NCBI RefSeq assembly: GCF_964204645.1
Contig: NC_134030.1
Location: forward strand, 20,234,210 to 20,298,209
Source: Tubulanus polymorphus
Taxonomy: Eukaryota > Animalia > Nemertea
Length of the DNA: 64,000 nucleotides
Direction of reading: 5' to 3'
The position numbers and the translations under genes were made by a program. Shown here piece by piece: positions 1 to 36,100 of the stretch (the first letter of the stretch is position 1; every line of letters begins with the position of its first letter). A model generated the notes under the pieces. The model worked only from the letters and a program-made list of their open reading frames with translations, was not told where the DNA came from and did not search any database.

Positions 1-252
1 TAACGAACGACTTTAGGCTTCTATTGGTTTTCCCATTAAATGGACCAATCAGCGAACGTTTTACTGAACAAGGAAGTATTTCGCAAATCGATATATGACG
101 TCATGCGCAACAGCGCCAGTAATGAAATCACGCTTCCTGAGGCCAGGGGGCTGGTGGAAGCGAGTTCGGGAGTGATACCGGACCCCTGGCAAGCGAGGAT
201 GACCAGCAGGCGACATTTGACAGTGTTCTCGATAAACAAAGCATAGACGTAC

Positions 253-23990
<23,738 letters not shown>

Positions 23991-24412
23991 ATTTCTGCTT
24001 TTCTCGTTATTCGTTCGAGCCTCTTGAACCGGGAAAAGTTTTTTTCTCAAGAGCTCAGCTAATGAAAAAACCCCAAAAAACTTCGCGTAATTGATTCAGT
24101 CAGACGTAGAGACGAATTGTGCTTTAAAGGTTTACTAGTTTTATTAAAGAACCGAGCTCTCGCTACTAACATTAGGACTAATGTTATTAATAGCGAAAGC
24201 TCTTGAAAAAAAACTAGTTAACCTATAAAGTACTTTCCGTCACAACCGTCTTGACTGACAAGTTACCAGGGGTCAGTTTCTCTCAGAAGTTGGTTAGAGT
24301 TAACCAGCGAATAGTTGACATAGTGACAATTAAAAGTCTACCGGTTATCTTTTACCAACCTTTGAGCAACTGTCCCGAGGAATAAATAACTAGGCTCCTC
24401 GATAATTCGTAC

Positions 24413-24560
24413 GGAAATTCAGAAACGGGAACTCGCTTCGAATCGACCCGTTGCGTTCGCGTTATACCGTTTAGGATCTTGCCGGAGTCTCGCCGCTCCC
24501 AACAACTGAGAGTCCTGCAGATTCTGAGCACCTGGCGCGGCGTACGAGCGCTTTAAATAA
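24413..24560 (-). promoter_or_regulatory. Putative core promoter and 5'UTR exon of the astacin gene
   Basis: TATTTAAA at ~24552-24559, TCAG initiator-like sequence ~30 bp downstream, gtacg donor at ~24412 that could join the acceptor near 24059; motif-only inference. Confidence 0.3.
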
Positions 24561-25011
24561 CGAAGCCGCATTTCAAATAAACGTCGCAATAAATCCGTTC
24601 GTCTAATTGACGAACGGAATAATTGCGCTCATAAAACGGACCTGATTGCGAAAAAACTGCCGAGATTAATCAAGTCAATCAAGTCAATAAGCCGCGAAAT
24701 TAGTAGCGGATATAAACATGGCATTAATCCGTAATATCCTGCCTGATGCCGGCTCATCACGTGCATAACATCTGTTTAAACGACATCGATTGTACGGTGA
24801 TGTCGACGATGATGATGGAAATCGTTCTTTTTTTACAATCAGAGCGACTCGCTGCGCATTGTTATCTCGCAATTTGATTTATTATTAACAATCTTATCGA
24901 AAAAGGCCGCCGCGAAATTTCGCTTCGGTTCCGGTCTTGGTGGGAGACACGTTTTAATTTCATTTCTTGGCGATATCGAATTTTCGATAATTGCGCAATT
25001 CGTCTTTTGCA

Positions 25012-25273
25012 ATTTGTTGGCGTAAAGCAAGGAGATAATTGAAGCCTCTGAAACACGTCATTCGTGTGGATTGTTGGCGTAAAGCAAGGAGATAATTGTA
25101 GCCTCATTCGTGTGGATTGTTGGCGTAAAGCAAGGAGATAATTGTAGCCTCTGAGACACGTCATTCGTGTGGATTGTTGGCGTAAAGCAAGGAGATAATT
25201 GTAGCCTCTGAGACACGTCATTCGTGTGGATTGTTGGCGTATGGCAAGGAGATAATTGTAGCCTCATTCGTGT
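25012..25273. repeat. 46/57-bp minisatellite (~5 units)
   Basis: ttgttggcgtaaagcaaggagataattgtagcctc repeated. Confidence 0.92.
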
Positions 25274-25869
25274 AGAGTGGATCGTGTAACGTAGAACGCG
25301 TGCGTCACATTCACTTATTCAATATCAGAAATAAACGCGACAAAAAATATTAATGAAAGAACCTTTACACGCAATTCATTGAGTCTCGTTAACAGAAGTC
25401 GGGATAAAATATGCACTGTATCTATTTATTCATTCAAGATTGGAATTATAACAACAAACCCATAATTTCAATCTAATGCTTTCAAAGATACTTTTGATTC
25501 GATTCAATCATAAAGCGGGGTCCAGTTCCACAGTTCCGAGTTAAGATTTGACCCTTGGTTAAAACATTGAAAATGAACTAAAACTTTAACTCAGAGTTAA
25601 CTCTAACTCACAACTGTGGAACTGGGTCCTGGTGTCTTAAGCCTTAATCGCCCCTCGATGCGGGAGTACACATAAGGCTTAAATCAAAAGAAACCTTGTT
25701 TCTCCTAATTGGCCAGGTCATTTTGTAAACTGCAACAAAATTTGCAATCAGTTTACGTATATTTCTTTTTTTTCTTTTGAAGAAATGTACAGGGTATATA
25801 TGCGGCCGGCCGGGTCGACTTTAAGCTCGGCAAAAATGACAAACAAGGTATCAATTGTTTAACCTAATA

Positions 25870-26025
25870 CAGTAGAACCTCATTACAACGAACTTCGGGG
25901 TTATAACCGATAGTTCCTTATATCCAATATGAAAATAATTAAATTGTCTCACTTGGGACACAATTTCATATTTATCATATCTGATGAATCGTTGTGTCCG
26001 AGTTCATTACAACGAGGTTCCACCG
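25870..26025. mobile_element. Tc1/mariner-type MITE
   Basis: TA|cagtagaacctc...gaggttccaccg|TA. Confidence 0.62.
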
Positions 26026-26786
26026 TATTGTCTTTTTGGAGAACATCTTAGTGTCCTTTCGGGGTGTGACAAGTTCTTCATAATTGGCCTCTAGATCCAC
26101 TTCTGATTCGAATTAACAGAACCACAGAACGTATATGCATATATATGTATATACACTAATTTTATTATTCATGCAATATTCCAATTGTTTCGATGTAACA
26201 TTAATTTTTACACGGTTCCGATTTCAATACAAGGTAAAGATCGTAATACAAACTTGCAAAAAAATATCTATCTTAATCATAGTAATCTAAAGCTAAAATA
26301 TATCGCACACGGATCATGGAGAAATACAGAGTTTAAAAAAAAAACAGGTCGGTTTTTCACCCGACGATTTCGGAAAAGATGGCCGCCCTATTTTTCTTGT
26401 CACCAAAGTTTGAAAATCTAATCAGAAGCCGAACAGCCATACAGGCAGCCATCTTTTCTTGTCGGTCACGTATATACAGGTTCTCGCATATACAGATTTA
26501 GTTATTCTGACATTTTTTTCATATTCGACGGTTATAACAACTTTACGAACTCAAAATGACTTATCAACACCGCAGCTAGTGAGAAGGTATGCCTTCACCA
26601 GTATCACGGCTATACAAAGTATCAATATGCAACCTAGAGCCGTTAGCCTTCGATATGTTATCGTTCAGGGTTTGCGCGTTTTCTCAGTGCTAATACCCGG
26701 GGCATTTTTTCGTACGAACTGCACTAAATGTTTACTGAATTTACTCAGCGCAAATGTAATCATCAAGACTTCAATTTGAGTGTCGA

Positions 26787-27134
26787 CATCCTCCCCCGAC
26801 TGGGATTCGAACCTGATTGCATCGAGACTCAGACTCAACTGCAGCACAAAAACCCGCCACACTAGCCCGTGTGCGCAAGTGCACGTGCAGATTAGATGAT
26901 GTCATTATCAGCCAATCAGATATCCTGTTGTAATTTAACCCAAGTTTTTCCGGTTATAGTTTATCGGTGAAATTAATCTCAGCGATTATACAACGAGCAA
27001 TATGATTGGGGCCGCAAGTTTCCGCGCGGTAAACCTGCGCATGTACCTGCGCACCCGGTCTACTGTGGCAGGGTTTCGTGCCGTGGCTGAGTGTAGCGGT
27101 GTCATCAGGTTCGAATCCCTTCCGAGGGTGGATG
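26787..27134. mobile_element. Same long-TIR MITE family as 61681-62009
   Basis: Shared TIRs and core gatgatgtcattatcagccaatcagata; partial copies at 9408-9480, 39755-39780, 39975-40030. Confidence 0.65.
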
Positions 27135-27614
27135 TCGAGTTGAGATCTCTACAACATGCTAATCAGCACATAAGAACATAAATAAAAACCCGCAGTTGAT
27201 TTGTAGAAAAACTACTGTGGGTTTTTATTTGTTAACTATATATACTGAGATTTATATCAGTTCACTACAGGCAAAGAGCATGTTGACGACAAACACCAGA
27301 CTTTTTAGACAGCTATATCAGCGATCGTAGACTTCACACAGCGATGGTTAAAATGTCTTTGTTCGGGGGCGGTTCCCGGCTACATATCGATAGCTGTTTC
27401 ATGAAAAGATACACAATCGTGGTTACACTGACAACAAATAGTTCTATCGATATCTATATGATAATATATATTTACAAGTTTGTGAGGATTTGGAAATACA
27501 TACGAGATAAGACGCTCGGTCGCGAGTGCTTTAATTCTTATACAATATATTATCACAAAAAGCATCGTCGTTTTTTCTATATCATAATAATTCGTGACAG
27601 TTTTCATATCAGAT

Positions 27615-27800
27615 TTTTTGTTTGTTTGTTTGTTTATTTGGCTTTACGTCGCTTGGATCTTGGTTTCCAAGACTAACCCTTTTGGATTATTCTTTTAACC
27701 TCACGACGGGATCACGGCCTTTGAAGTGTTGCCCGCGCACTGTAAGCAGCCAGCGGGACTCGAACCCACTTGTCACTCAGTGCACGATTCGATCAAGATT
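27615..27800 (-). mobile_element. SINE with (AAAC)n tail
   Basis: B box ggttcgagtcc, 3' gcgacgtaaagccaaataaacaaac; homologue on plus strand at ~45690-45882. Confidence 0.58.
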
Positions 27801-27876
27801 CCGCCAATCACCACAGAGAGTTTCGGCATCGCGTTTTTGAAGAGTGCGCAAGCGAGTCTCCAACATTCATTTCAGG

Positions 27877-28096
27877 AGAGAATCCCACAATGATAATAAA
27901 AAGTCCGAAAATGAAACTTCGAGATAGTAGTTTATTTCAACGTTTCGACTATATCCTAATAGTCATCTTCAGGAATAATGTAGTCGAAACGTTGAAGTAA
28001 ACTACTATCTCGAAGTTTCATTTTCGGACTTTTTATTATCATTGTGGGATTCTCTCCTCATCGCGTCAACACGGATATAGTGTTCTACCAATCGTG
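27877..28096 (+). mobile_element. Penelope-LTR-like element with hammerhead motif
   Basis: Near-identical to 3522-3727; 12-bp TSD attcatttcagg (27865/28097). Confidence 0.72.
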
Positions 28097-28792
28097 ATTC
28101 ATTTCAGGTGATAGCGATTCCGATCCGGGTGCTTGGTGGCGGTTTAAAGCTATCTTCGTGGAAAACCGTCAGGAGTTACTTCATAAGTAAGAATGTCTAT
28201 ACATGAATAGCGCGAAGTAGGAAGGTTTTTAATTCGAACAGGTCATCTCATTCAAACGCACACGCACGCATCTCAAATCTGACCAGCGATAGAAATCTTT
28301 TCACTGGGCAACCGATTAAAAATCTATAATTTCAGCACCTAAGACTTCGAATCCCGTTATCGGATCGTAGACACTGGGAAAACATTAGTTTCGAAATGAA
28401 CACGAAAGCTATAATATCATATGTTTCAAATATCCCTAGCCGACAATAAGAAACTTTGTTTACGATACATGTTCTACGCTAGATTATAATCTGACCGACA
28501 AGAATGATAACTGAAATTGAATTACGTGTATACTAACACCATATATTTTATCAACACGCTTTCAAAATGTGATCGTGCGGGCATTTCACGAGTCTTAGGA
28601 ACATCACCGAAGACATTACGATCGAAAACGAACTATAAACACCAGACATTTTATCAGCACAATCCGGCACCGGCTATTCGAACGTACCCAAAATACAAAA
28701 ATCTCTAAAAACTACTGCAGAATACAGCATGATTTAAACGTGTCTATGTTTGCTATCTGGTCTTACTTTCACACGATCCCGCCCGATGCCTG

Positions 28793-29181
28793 TCTAATGT
28801 CGATTTCTACTTGACTTGAGAGCCTATCAAGTGGCCTAGCTCAGTCAGTTTTGGTGGTACATACCCGATCAAAGTGTTATCAGGAACAGAAAGCACTGGC
28901 AGTTGAACTGAAACATCTTTTTCTAATTCATTTATTGAAGGATTGCAAAAAACCTTCGTTGAAAGGGATTGAGTAAAGAAAAGTGACTCCATGAAAGTTT
29001 AACAAATTGATCACTTTTTGGATGTCCTTCAATACAGTTAAAAACGGGTTAGAAATCAATGTTTTAGATCAATTACCAGTCCTTTCCGGTCATAATAAGA
29101 CTTTTATCAAGTATGTACCACCAAAACTGACTGAGCTAGGCAACCTGATGTGCTCTCAAGTCAGGTTGAAATAGACATTAG
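28793..29181. mobile_element. Foldback/MITE with ~90-bp inverted arms
   Basis: cctagctcagtcagttttggtggtacatac versus gtatgtaccaccaaaactgactgagctagg. Confidence 0.6.
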
Positions 29182-29350
29182 TTGATAATCGTAATACATG
29201 TATACAATGTTTCATAGAAAGCTTATTTTCGATATAAACTAAAATATCTAAGAATGGAAATATCTGTTCACGTTTTTCAATATCGACATCGATAAACGTA
29301 CCGTAGCTATCATCCTTCCACTTTAAAATCAACCCATCTAGTTTATCAAT

Positions 29351-29690
29351 GGGGTACCCTCATAACCAAATATCCCGCCAGATGGCACGACGAGCAGTAG
29401 GTCGTCCGCTGTCGAATTAGTTCATTTTCAATGAACTTTGAACATGATTTTGAGACTCCTGAATCCATACATTATCACAGCACCACGAAATATACAATAC
29501 TTCCATTCTTCTACCCAGATATCGGTAATTTTCATGAATAACTGATTCATTAAAGAGAAAAGTTCATTCAGATTTAATTGAAATGTAGATATTGAACGCG
29601 GACGACCAACTATCTACTAGCGACTCCATGCGGATCCTCGCCTGCCATACGTGGAATCCTCGATTGCCACAGTAGCGCTGCGGGTCCCCC
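29351..29690. mobile_element. Dispersed element with ggggwaccc ends
   Basis: Homologous to 13428-13768 (ccagatggc.cgacgagcagtag...gcggatcctcgcctgccatacgtggaatcctcgattgcc). Confidence 0.6.
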
Positions 29691-30869
29691 ATCGATTGGA
29701 ACCGTTATTTTCCCTTCGACCCACTGTGCGCCACGCTGGGCATCATAACCAGGTTCGACGTTGGTTTCTTCTCCCAACTAACCGGTGACAAGAGAAGTAC
29801 TTTCGCCGAGAAGCTTAGTCGCTGGAACCCTGGATTGACTAAGGCAGCGACCAGCGGCTTGAACCACTGAACGCGGATAGCAACGCTTATACCTCTTTAC
29901 AAAACAAACAACGTCTCGTTTTCAGAGCGAATTTCCCGTCGCTCGCTAAACACGAATGCATAGTTCCCTGAACACCTGAGATTCTTTAAACGATTGCGAG
30001 TATACTATATACGCCACCTGGCGACCCAGTTGCGAAGTACGAAAGTTATATTCTCGTATAACAGATTATCGAACTCTATATTTGGCTCTCAATCCGCCAG
30101 GAATGTTACAGAGTCGACCTTCAGTCTCACTTCGTAATCAATTTTTCGAAAAGCCGTAGAGATTAACCGAGACTATATGTACCTGTATTTCTAGAGTCGC
30201 CACCTATGTTTCAAGTGATGCATCTGTTTTAATTAGATACAGTCACACCTTCACAACGTTCGCAAATCCATCCACTTCGCGCATATATCCTTTCGATAAC
30301 GTTCGTCTAACGGTTTGAGTCTTGCACATTTGAAAACGGAACACGATTGCACGTGAACTCCCGTCCTATTCTATCGATGTCACGGTTTGAAAGAATGAGC
30401 ATATAGTACGAGATAGTACCGTAATACGATTATATTACAGTTACTGGAGACAATTCACCTCCCGGCAAAAAACGAAGCAACGAATATCGACGCGAATCTA
30501 ATGCAGGAATCAATATGCCGCCATTTCGACCCGACCCGTCAGACCTTTCGATACGCGCTATCGCCAGTCTTCCAATATTCGATCGTCCAGAATTCACCTG
30601 AGACATTTCGAATCAAAAATGAACCACAAACAACACTATCTGAGACCCTGTAGCTCACAGGTTATTTAGAATGTCTCCGGTAAACACGCGGGAAGTGTGG
30701 ACGATCAGTTTTTGAGATTGTGCTGATAAAATGTCTAACCTCTCGGAGGCCAGTTGCTGAAAAGTTGGTTAAAGATAACCGGCGGATGAATACAATGAAC
30801 TTGTAATTGTTACTATTTCAACTATCCATCGGTTAACTGTAACCTACTTTTAAGCTACTGGCCCCAAGA

Positions 30870-31260
30870 GGTTAGACATTTTATCGGCACAATCCCAATA
30901 ACTGATCGTCCACACTTCACATGTGTTCAGTGCTTCACCTGAGACATTTCTAATTGAAAATGAACTACAAACACCAGATATTAGACATTTTATCAGCACA
31001 CTTTCAAAAACTGATCGTCCACACTTCACATGTGTTCAGTGCTTCACCTGAGACATTTCTAATTGAAAATGAACTACAAACACCAGATATTAGACATTTT
31101 ATCAGCACAATCCCAAAAACTGATCGTACACACTTCACATGTGTTCAATGCTTCACCTGAGACATTTTTAATTGAAAATGAACTACAAACACCAGATATT
31201 AGACATTTTATCAGCACAGTCTCAAAAACTGATCGTCCACACTTCACGTGTGTTCAGACC
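30870..31260 (+). repeat. 109-bp tandem repeat (~3.5 units)
   Basis: ttagacattttatcagcaca...aactacaaacaccagata with period 109. Confidence 0.92.
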
Positions 31261-31750
31261 TTCGCCGGGAACATTTCCGAATGAACGTATGAACCACAAA
31301 GTCTCGAGACATTTTGCTCGGCAACACTCCACAAATTCTGAATATCTATCTTTTGGTCGCAGGCCGCAGATCGATAACTGCATCAGCGCGCATTACACGA
31401 AATCTAAATTACGTTTTAAGTTATGTTTCATCGATAATGTTTCCTATATATCTTACAAAGCGATGATATATGCAAGGTTCCCGCAAAAAGCCGAATAGGT
31501 AACAGTGGTTAGACTATAGTATTGTAACACGTGTTAAATATCATCAATAGTAGTGAGATCAGAGGCAACAATCAATAATAGTACAACATACATGTTTAAC
31601 ATACATACATACATACAACATACCGTGAACCCCCACCCCCCTCCCCATAGACCCCGCTCCCTTCCCTATACACTCCCGTAAGTGTACATTGTTTGGTCAT
31701 GTATAATAATTATCGGTGATATGTAAGACAATAGTCAACAGAGGCTAAAG

Positions 31751-31903
<153 letters not shown>

Positions 31904-32623
31904 TTTCGAGGTTTCTGTATTTAAGGAGAGACGCCAGAAACAAAACAAAAATGCTCAGACAGGATTCGAACCCATATGCACCCAGGCTTGAAAGACGTGA
32001 AAGACAGGACTCAGTTCCACAATTGTTAGTTAGAGTTAAAGTTAATTCATTTTCGATGAGTTAACGCAAAAGTTAAATCTTAAATCGGATCTGCGGAACT
32101 GGACCCAGATGATAATGTCAGTGTCAAACGCTCTAAGATGGTATAGCCCTACCGACCTATTGACCCAATTAAAATATTCATTGCCTGTCCGAAATTGGTG
32201 AAATATACGCATAAAGGCTATGTAGTCGATATAACCAGAGAGGTCGGGACTCCTAGCCTCCGTACTCGACTATCCGGTGGTCCTTTTACCTAACTGAACC
32301 ACAAAGGGGTGAACAACAGCCTATATACAATGAAACTGGCCTATGTCCCGTGAGAGAACGCAGCAAGGATGCGGAAAATTGCTGCTCTACTGAGATACGT
32401 CACGCGTTAGTCAGGACTAAGCCTAATCCGCATCCTTACCTATTACATACACAATCGTAGACACTCGTGTCATGGAATTCTAACCCCCGCCTATACAAAC
32501 AAATCAATCAAATCGAGTAATAACGCAATAGTTCCACTTGTTGAAACCGATTTCTGAAATCGAGTATCGAACTGATTTATCGTGCACGATCTATGAACCA
32601 TGGACTCATTCGTTTCATCCTAT

Positions 32624-32901
32624 CAGGGGCGGATCCAGAGGTATGGGGTTTGAGCCCGAGTGCCCTTTTGAAAATCACAGGTGAAATATTTCACCCAACA
32701 TTAACCAATATAAATGACGAATGTCCACAGAACTGCTTAAGGCAGTGATCATGCGCTAAAATAGCATTAAAATGCACCCCAATTTTCAAAGTTTTCTGGA
32801 GGACCTTTCGGCGCTCATCAGGACACCCACCACGACTATATAATGCCCTTTCGTACGAGGTGACCCCCCCCCCCCTTTCTTCCAGCCTGGATCCGCCCCT
32901 G
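32624..32901. mobile_element. MITE with caggggcggatccag TIRs
   Basis: Terminal inverted repeat; related copy at 33975-34232 flanked by ggtat direct repeat. Confidence 0.6.
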
Positions 32902-33026
32902 CTAATTACGAGAGCGCGTGATTTTAATAACTAACGGAATCTCCGAGATTTTATCAACAGTAAATCAACAGTATTCGATTGGGTCGCACCACCAGCACGC
33001 GGCGCCGCGGCGCGCGGAGGTTCGCT

Positions 33027-33161
33027 CTAGGCGATGATCGGGGATGTTTCTTTGGGACTTCCTTGCGGCGACGCTTTCTGAGACGGCGTAGTTTCGCCTT
33101 CGTAATGATCCCCGTCGATTGATATCTGTTTGTTTAGTTCGTCATCCACGACGTTGTTCTC
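33027..33161 (-). CDS. NCAM/Fas2 last coding exon of TM isoform
   Basis: ENNVVDDELNKQISIDG...SPQGSPKETSPIIA*, phase-0 acceptor atttcag. Confidence 0.78.
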   Translation of the reverse strand, partial: ENNVVDDELNKQISIDGDHYEGETTPSQKASPQGSPKETSPIIA

Positions 33162-36100
33162 CTGAAATATAGGGAATATTCGGATAAAAGCCACGCGATG
33201 TCGTTAGTTCGCTCAGCCGTGCGAAAAGATGTTCTTAGTTAGTCTCTAGTGAGCAGATTTAAGTTGTTAGAAATATGACGAATAGTTATAATCGTGCTAT
33301 CGGTTGCCCAAACGATGATACATAAAAATCCGCACTAACGATCTTAAGAAATATAGTCCGAAATGTTTCCAAGAGTTCGTGGATTGTTCAACATTTCGAC
33401 TATATCCTAACAGTCATCTTCTGGAGTACAGAATACCCAATGCTGAAGATACACTGATGATGACTATTAGGATATTATCGAAACGTTGAATAAACTTGAT
33501 TCAGAGAAACAATTCGGACTTTATTTCCAATATAGTGTGGGATTTCATCGGGATGGCCACTTTCCCCGAGTTCTACCCGCCGTTTTTTCCATGTTATAAC
33601 ACAAAATTCCCCGGGTGAATATGAGAAGTTTCTAGAGGTTTAAAATGTTACAATTCAATCAGTTTTCATTGAATCACGCATTGATAAAGAAACACGTGGT
33701 CGATAGCATTATTTGAATTCCGTTTATAGTTTTCCAGGGTTTTTTTTCTAAATTTTTCTGATTGCCCAGGTTTCCCTGGTTTTCCAGGTCAGTGGCCACC
33801 CTGTATCCATATTATCGTCACAGCACGGACTCAAACGTGTTTTCCAGCAATAGTTAGTCTGCCAAACAATGACATAAAAACACACTCAACTACACTTCAA
33901 ATCATTGAATCCCCCGAATTAACGAGGCATCATATCGATATGTTATCACAGGTTACAGCTACCCCGGATGGTATCAGGGGTGGATCTAGGGGGGATGTCG
34001 GGGTGTCCGGACCCCCCCCCTCAATTTTGAAAAGCCCTCAAAAATGTCACCCACAAAATTTTTTTGACCAAGGTTTTCCACCTATAATAATTTTTTCAAC
34101 GCATGAAATGACCGAAAGCACCCCCTAAAATGGTGTAGAAGTACCCGGAGTATAACGTGGTGTTTCGTAAAAAGTGCCATTTTTCTCATTGGACACCCCC
34201 CTCCCCCATGGGAAATCCTAGATCCGCCCCTGGGTATGTAATATACCGGTATATTTACCCCGGTTAGAGGAGATTTTTCATCCGGCTCAAGTTCATCTTG
34301 ATTTTCAAGCATTAGTCTCTTATCGTTATCCATTCTACAAATAGCAACAATTCTATAGATTTAAAATCGTTCTGGCCGGTAATAAATCGCTCAGATGACA
34401 ATACATTTCGTCCAAAGGTTCAACTCGTCTCAGTCATATACTGATACATAGGTTTAGCGTGTCTCATTTTAGTAGGAATATTGTCCACCGTTTTTTTGGG
34501 GTAGCACCTAACCGAATGGCCAGTCGGAATACATCGGCAGAATTAGCAAACTGTAAAAACGTTATACCGTAACAGTAATGCTTATATACATCGATAATTA
34601 ATATGCGTTATCTAACCCTTTCAGTGCGTCTACACTGCAGTGCGGTGTATGAATTGATGATGGATTTTGCTAGTACATTACACTGCGGTGTATTGATGTA
34701 ATTAGTTTTTATCTCTATTGAAAGATGGCAGCACATGTCAAACATAGTGAAATATTAGTAACTAACAATACACTGCAGCGCGGTGTATACGCACTATAGT
34801 GGTATTCCCGTTATACGACACATTTGGAATTTTTCAAAATTTTTCTCCAGCACTATAGTGTATTGATTAGTCAGCACTGAAAGGGTTAAGGGGTTCTTGG
34901 TGATGATGTGCACAATACGTCATCACCTGTACATAGTACTTGTACGTGTAATACACGTATAATTACCAAGTACCCTTACAGGTTCCCCTTGCTCAACCTC
35001 ACTATCATCCAGCGATGTCTGTATGTGTTATTTTTCTTGAAGGCATCGATAAAATGTCTTTATAGATCAATATACTATATTTGATCTAAACGTGAGCGGC
35101 TAACGTGACGTAAAACCAAACAACATACTATCAACAGCGAACGTAATTGAGCCTACATCATCTAAATGGGTTTCGATGAGACATTAAGATCGTTGTTGCT
35201 GATATTCAATAAATTCAAGGACATCGAATTTAGTCATCAAGCCACATACGTTCAAAGTTGATAATCTTAATGTTCCATTGCCACGTTGTTTGGTGTTTCT
35301 AGTGCAATTAGTAGTATACTAGTGACTGCAACTGCCCCCTGGTGGGCTAATCGAAAACTTACTCTTGCGCTTCCGATTCTTTGTAGGCGTTTCGTTCGTT
35401 GTTCAATTCGGCCTCTTCCTGCGCCTGCGCTTTCTTCAAACTAGAAAATACGGAAAACAAACAAATACGCTTGAATCATTGTCAAATTATAATCAAAAAC
35501 GGTCCGAACATCGTTTCAACTATTTCAATTCCATTATCGATTATTTTCGTTTTCTAGACATCCATTTAAAGTGTACGGACATAAATGATTAACTGATCAA
35601 TAGTAAATTCAAGTACCACGGCCTAAATATTTGTGAAATGTTTTTCCCCTTTTGTTTTTGACTGTGTGAATTATTTATGGCATTTGCACGAAGTTTTCTT
35701 CAGATTTAATACTAGTTATAGGCTCAAGACTTTTTAACAGATTGGCAATTATTCTGAGCAATTATGCCAGCTTGGACGTCCATTCTAAATTAATCTGCCA
35801 GATTGGACGTCCATTCTGAGTAAGTCGGCCAGATTGGACGTCCATTCTGAGTAAGAATGCCAGCTTGGACGTCCATACTGAGTACGTCTGCTGATTGAAC
35901 ACCAGATTGGACGTCCGTTTTGAGTAAGTCTGCCAGATTGGACGTCCATTCTGAGTAAGTCTGCCAGATTGGACGTCCAGCATGAACAAGTCTGCGAGAT
36001 TGAGGACGTCCATTCTGAGGCAAGTAGTGGTTCTGTTTATTGACGGTAAATGGCGGTGTTTTTGTCCCAATTCTTAAACATCTGTTGTTCATGTTAGGTA

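Noticed and set aside
36-227. Further exon of the astacin gene
   Set aside because: The implied intron of ~25 nt is too short and no frame gives a recognisable domain; the gene's 3' end is left unresolved
30954-31498. Repeated ORFs MKMNYKHQILDILSA (also at 37.1 and 53.0-53.4 kb) as a small-protein family
   Set aside because: Translations of the 109-bp tandem repeat that shift frame every unit and start at non-ATG codons
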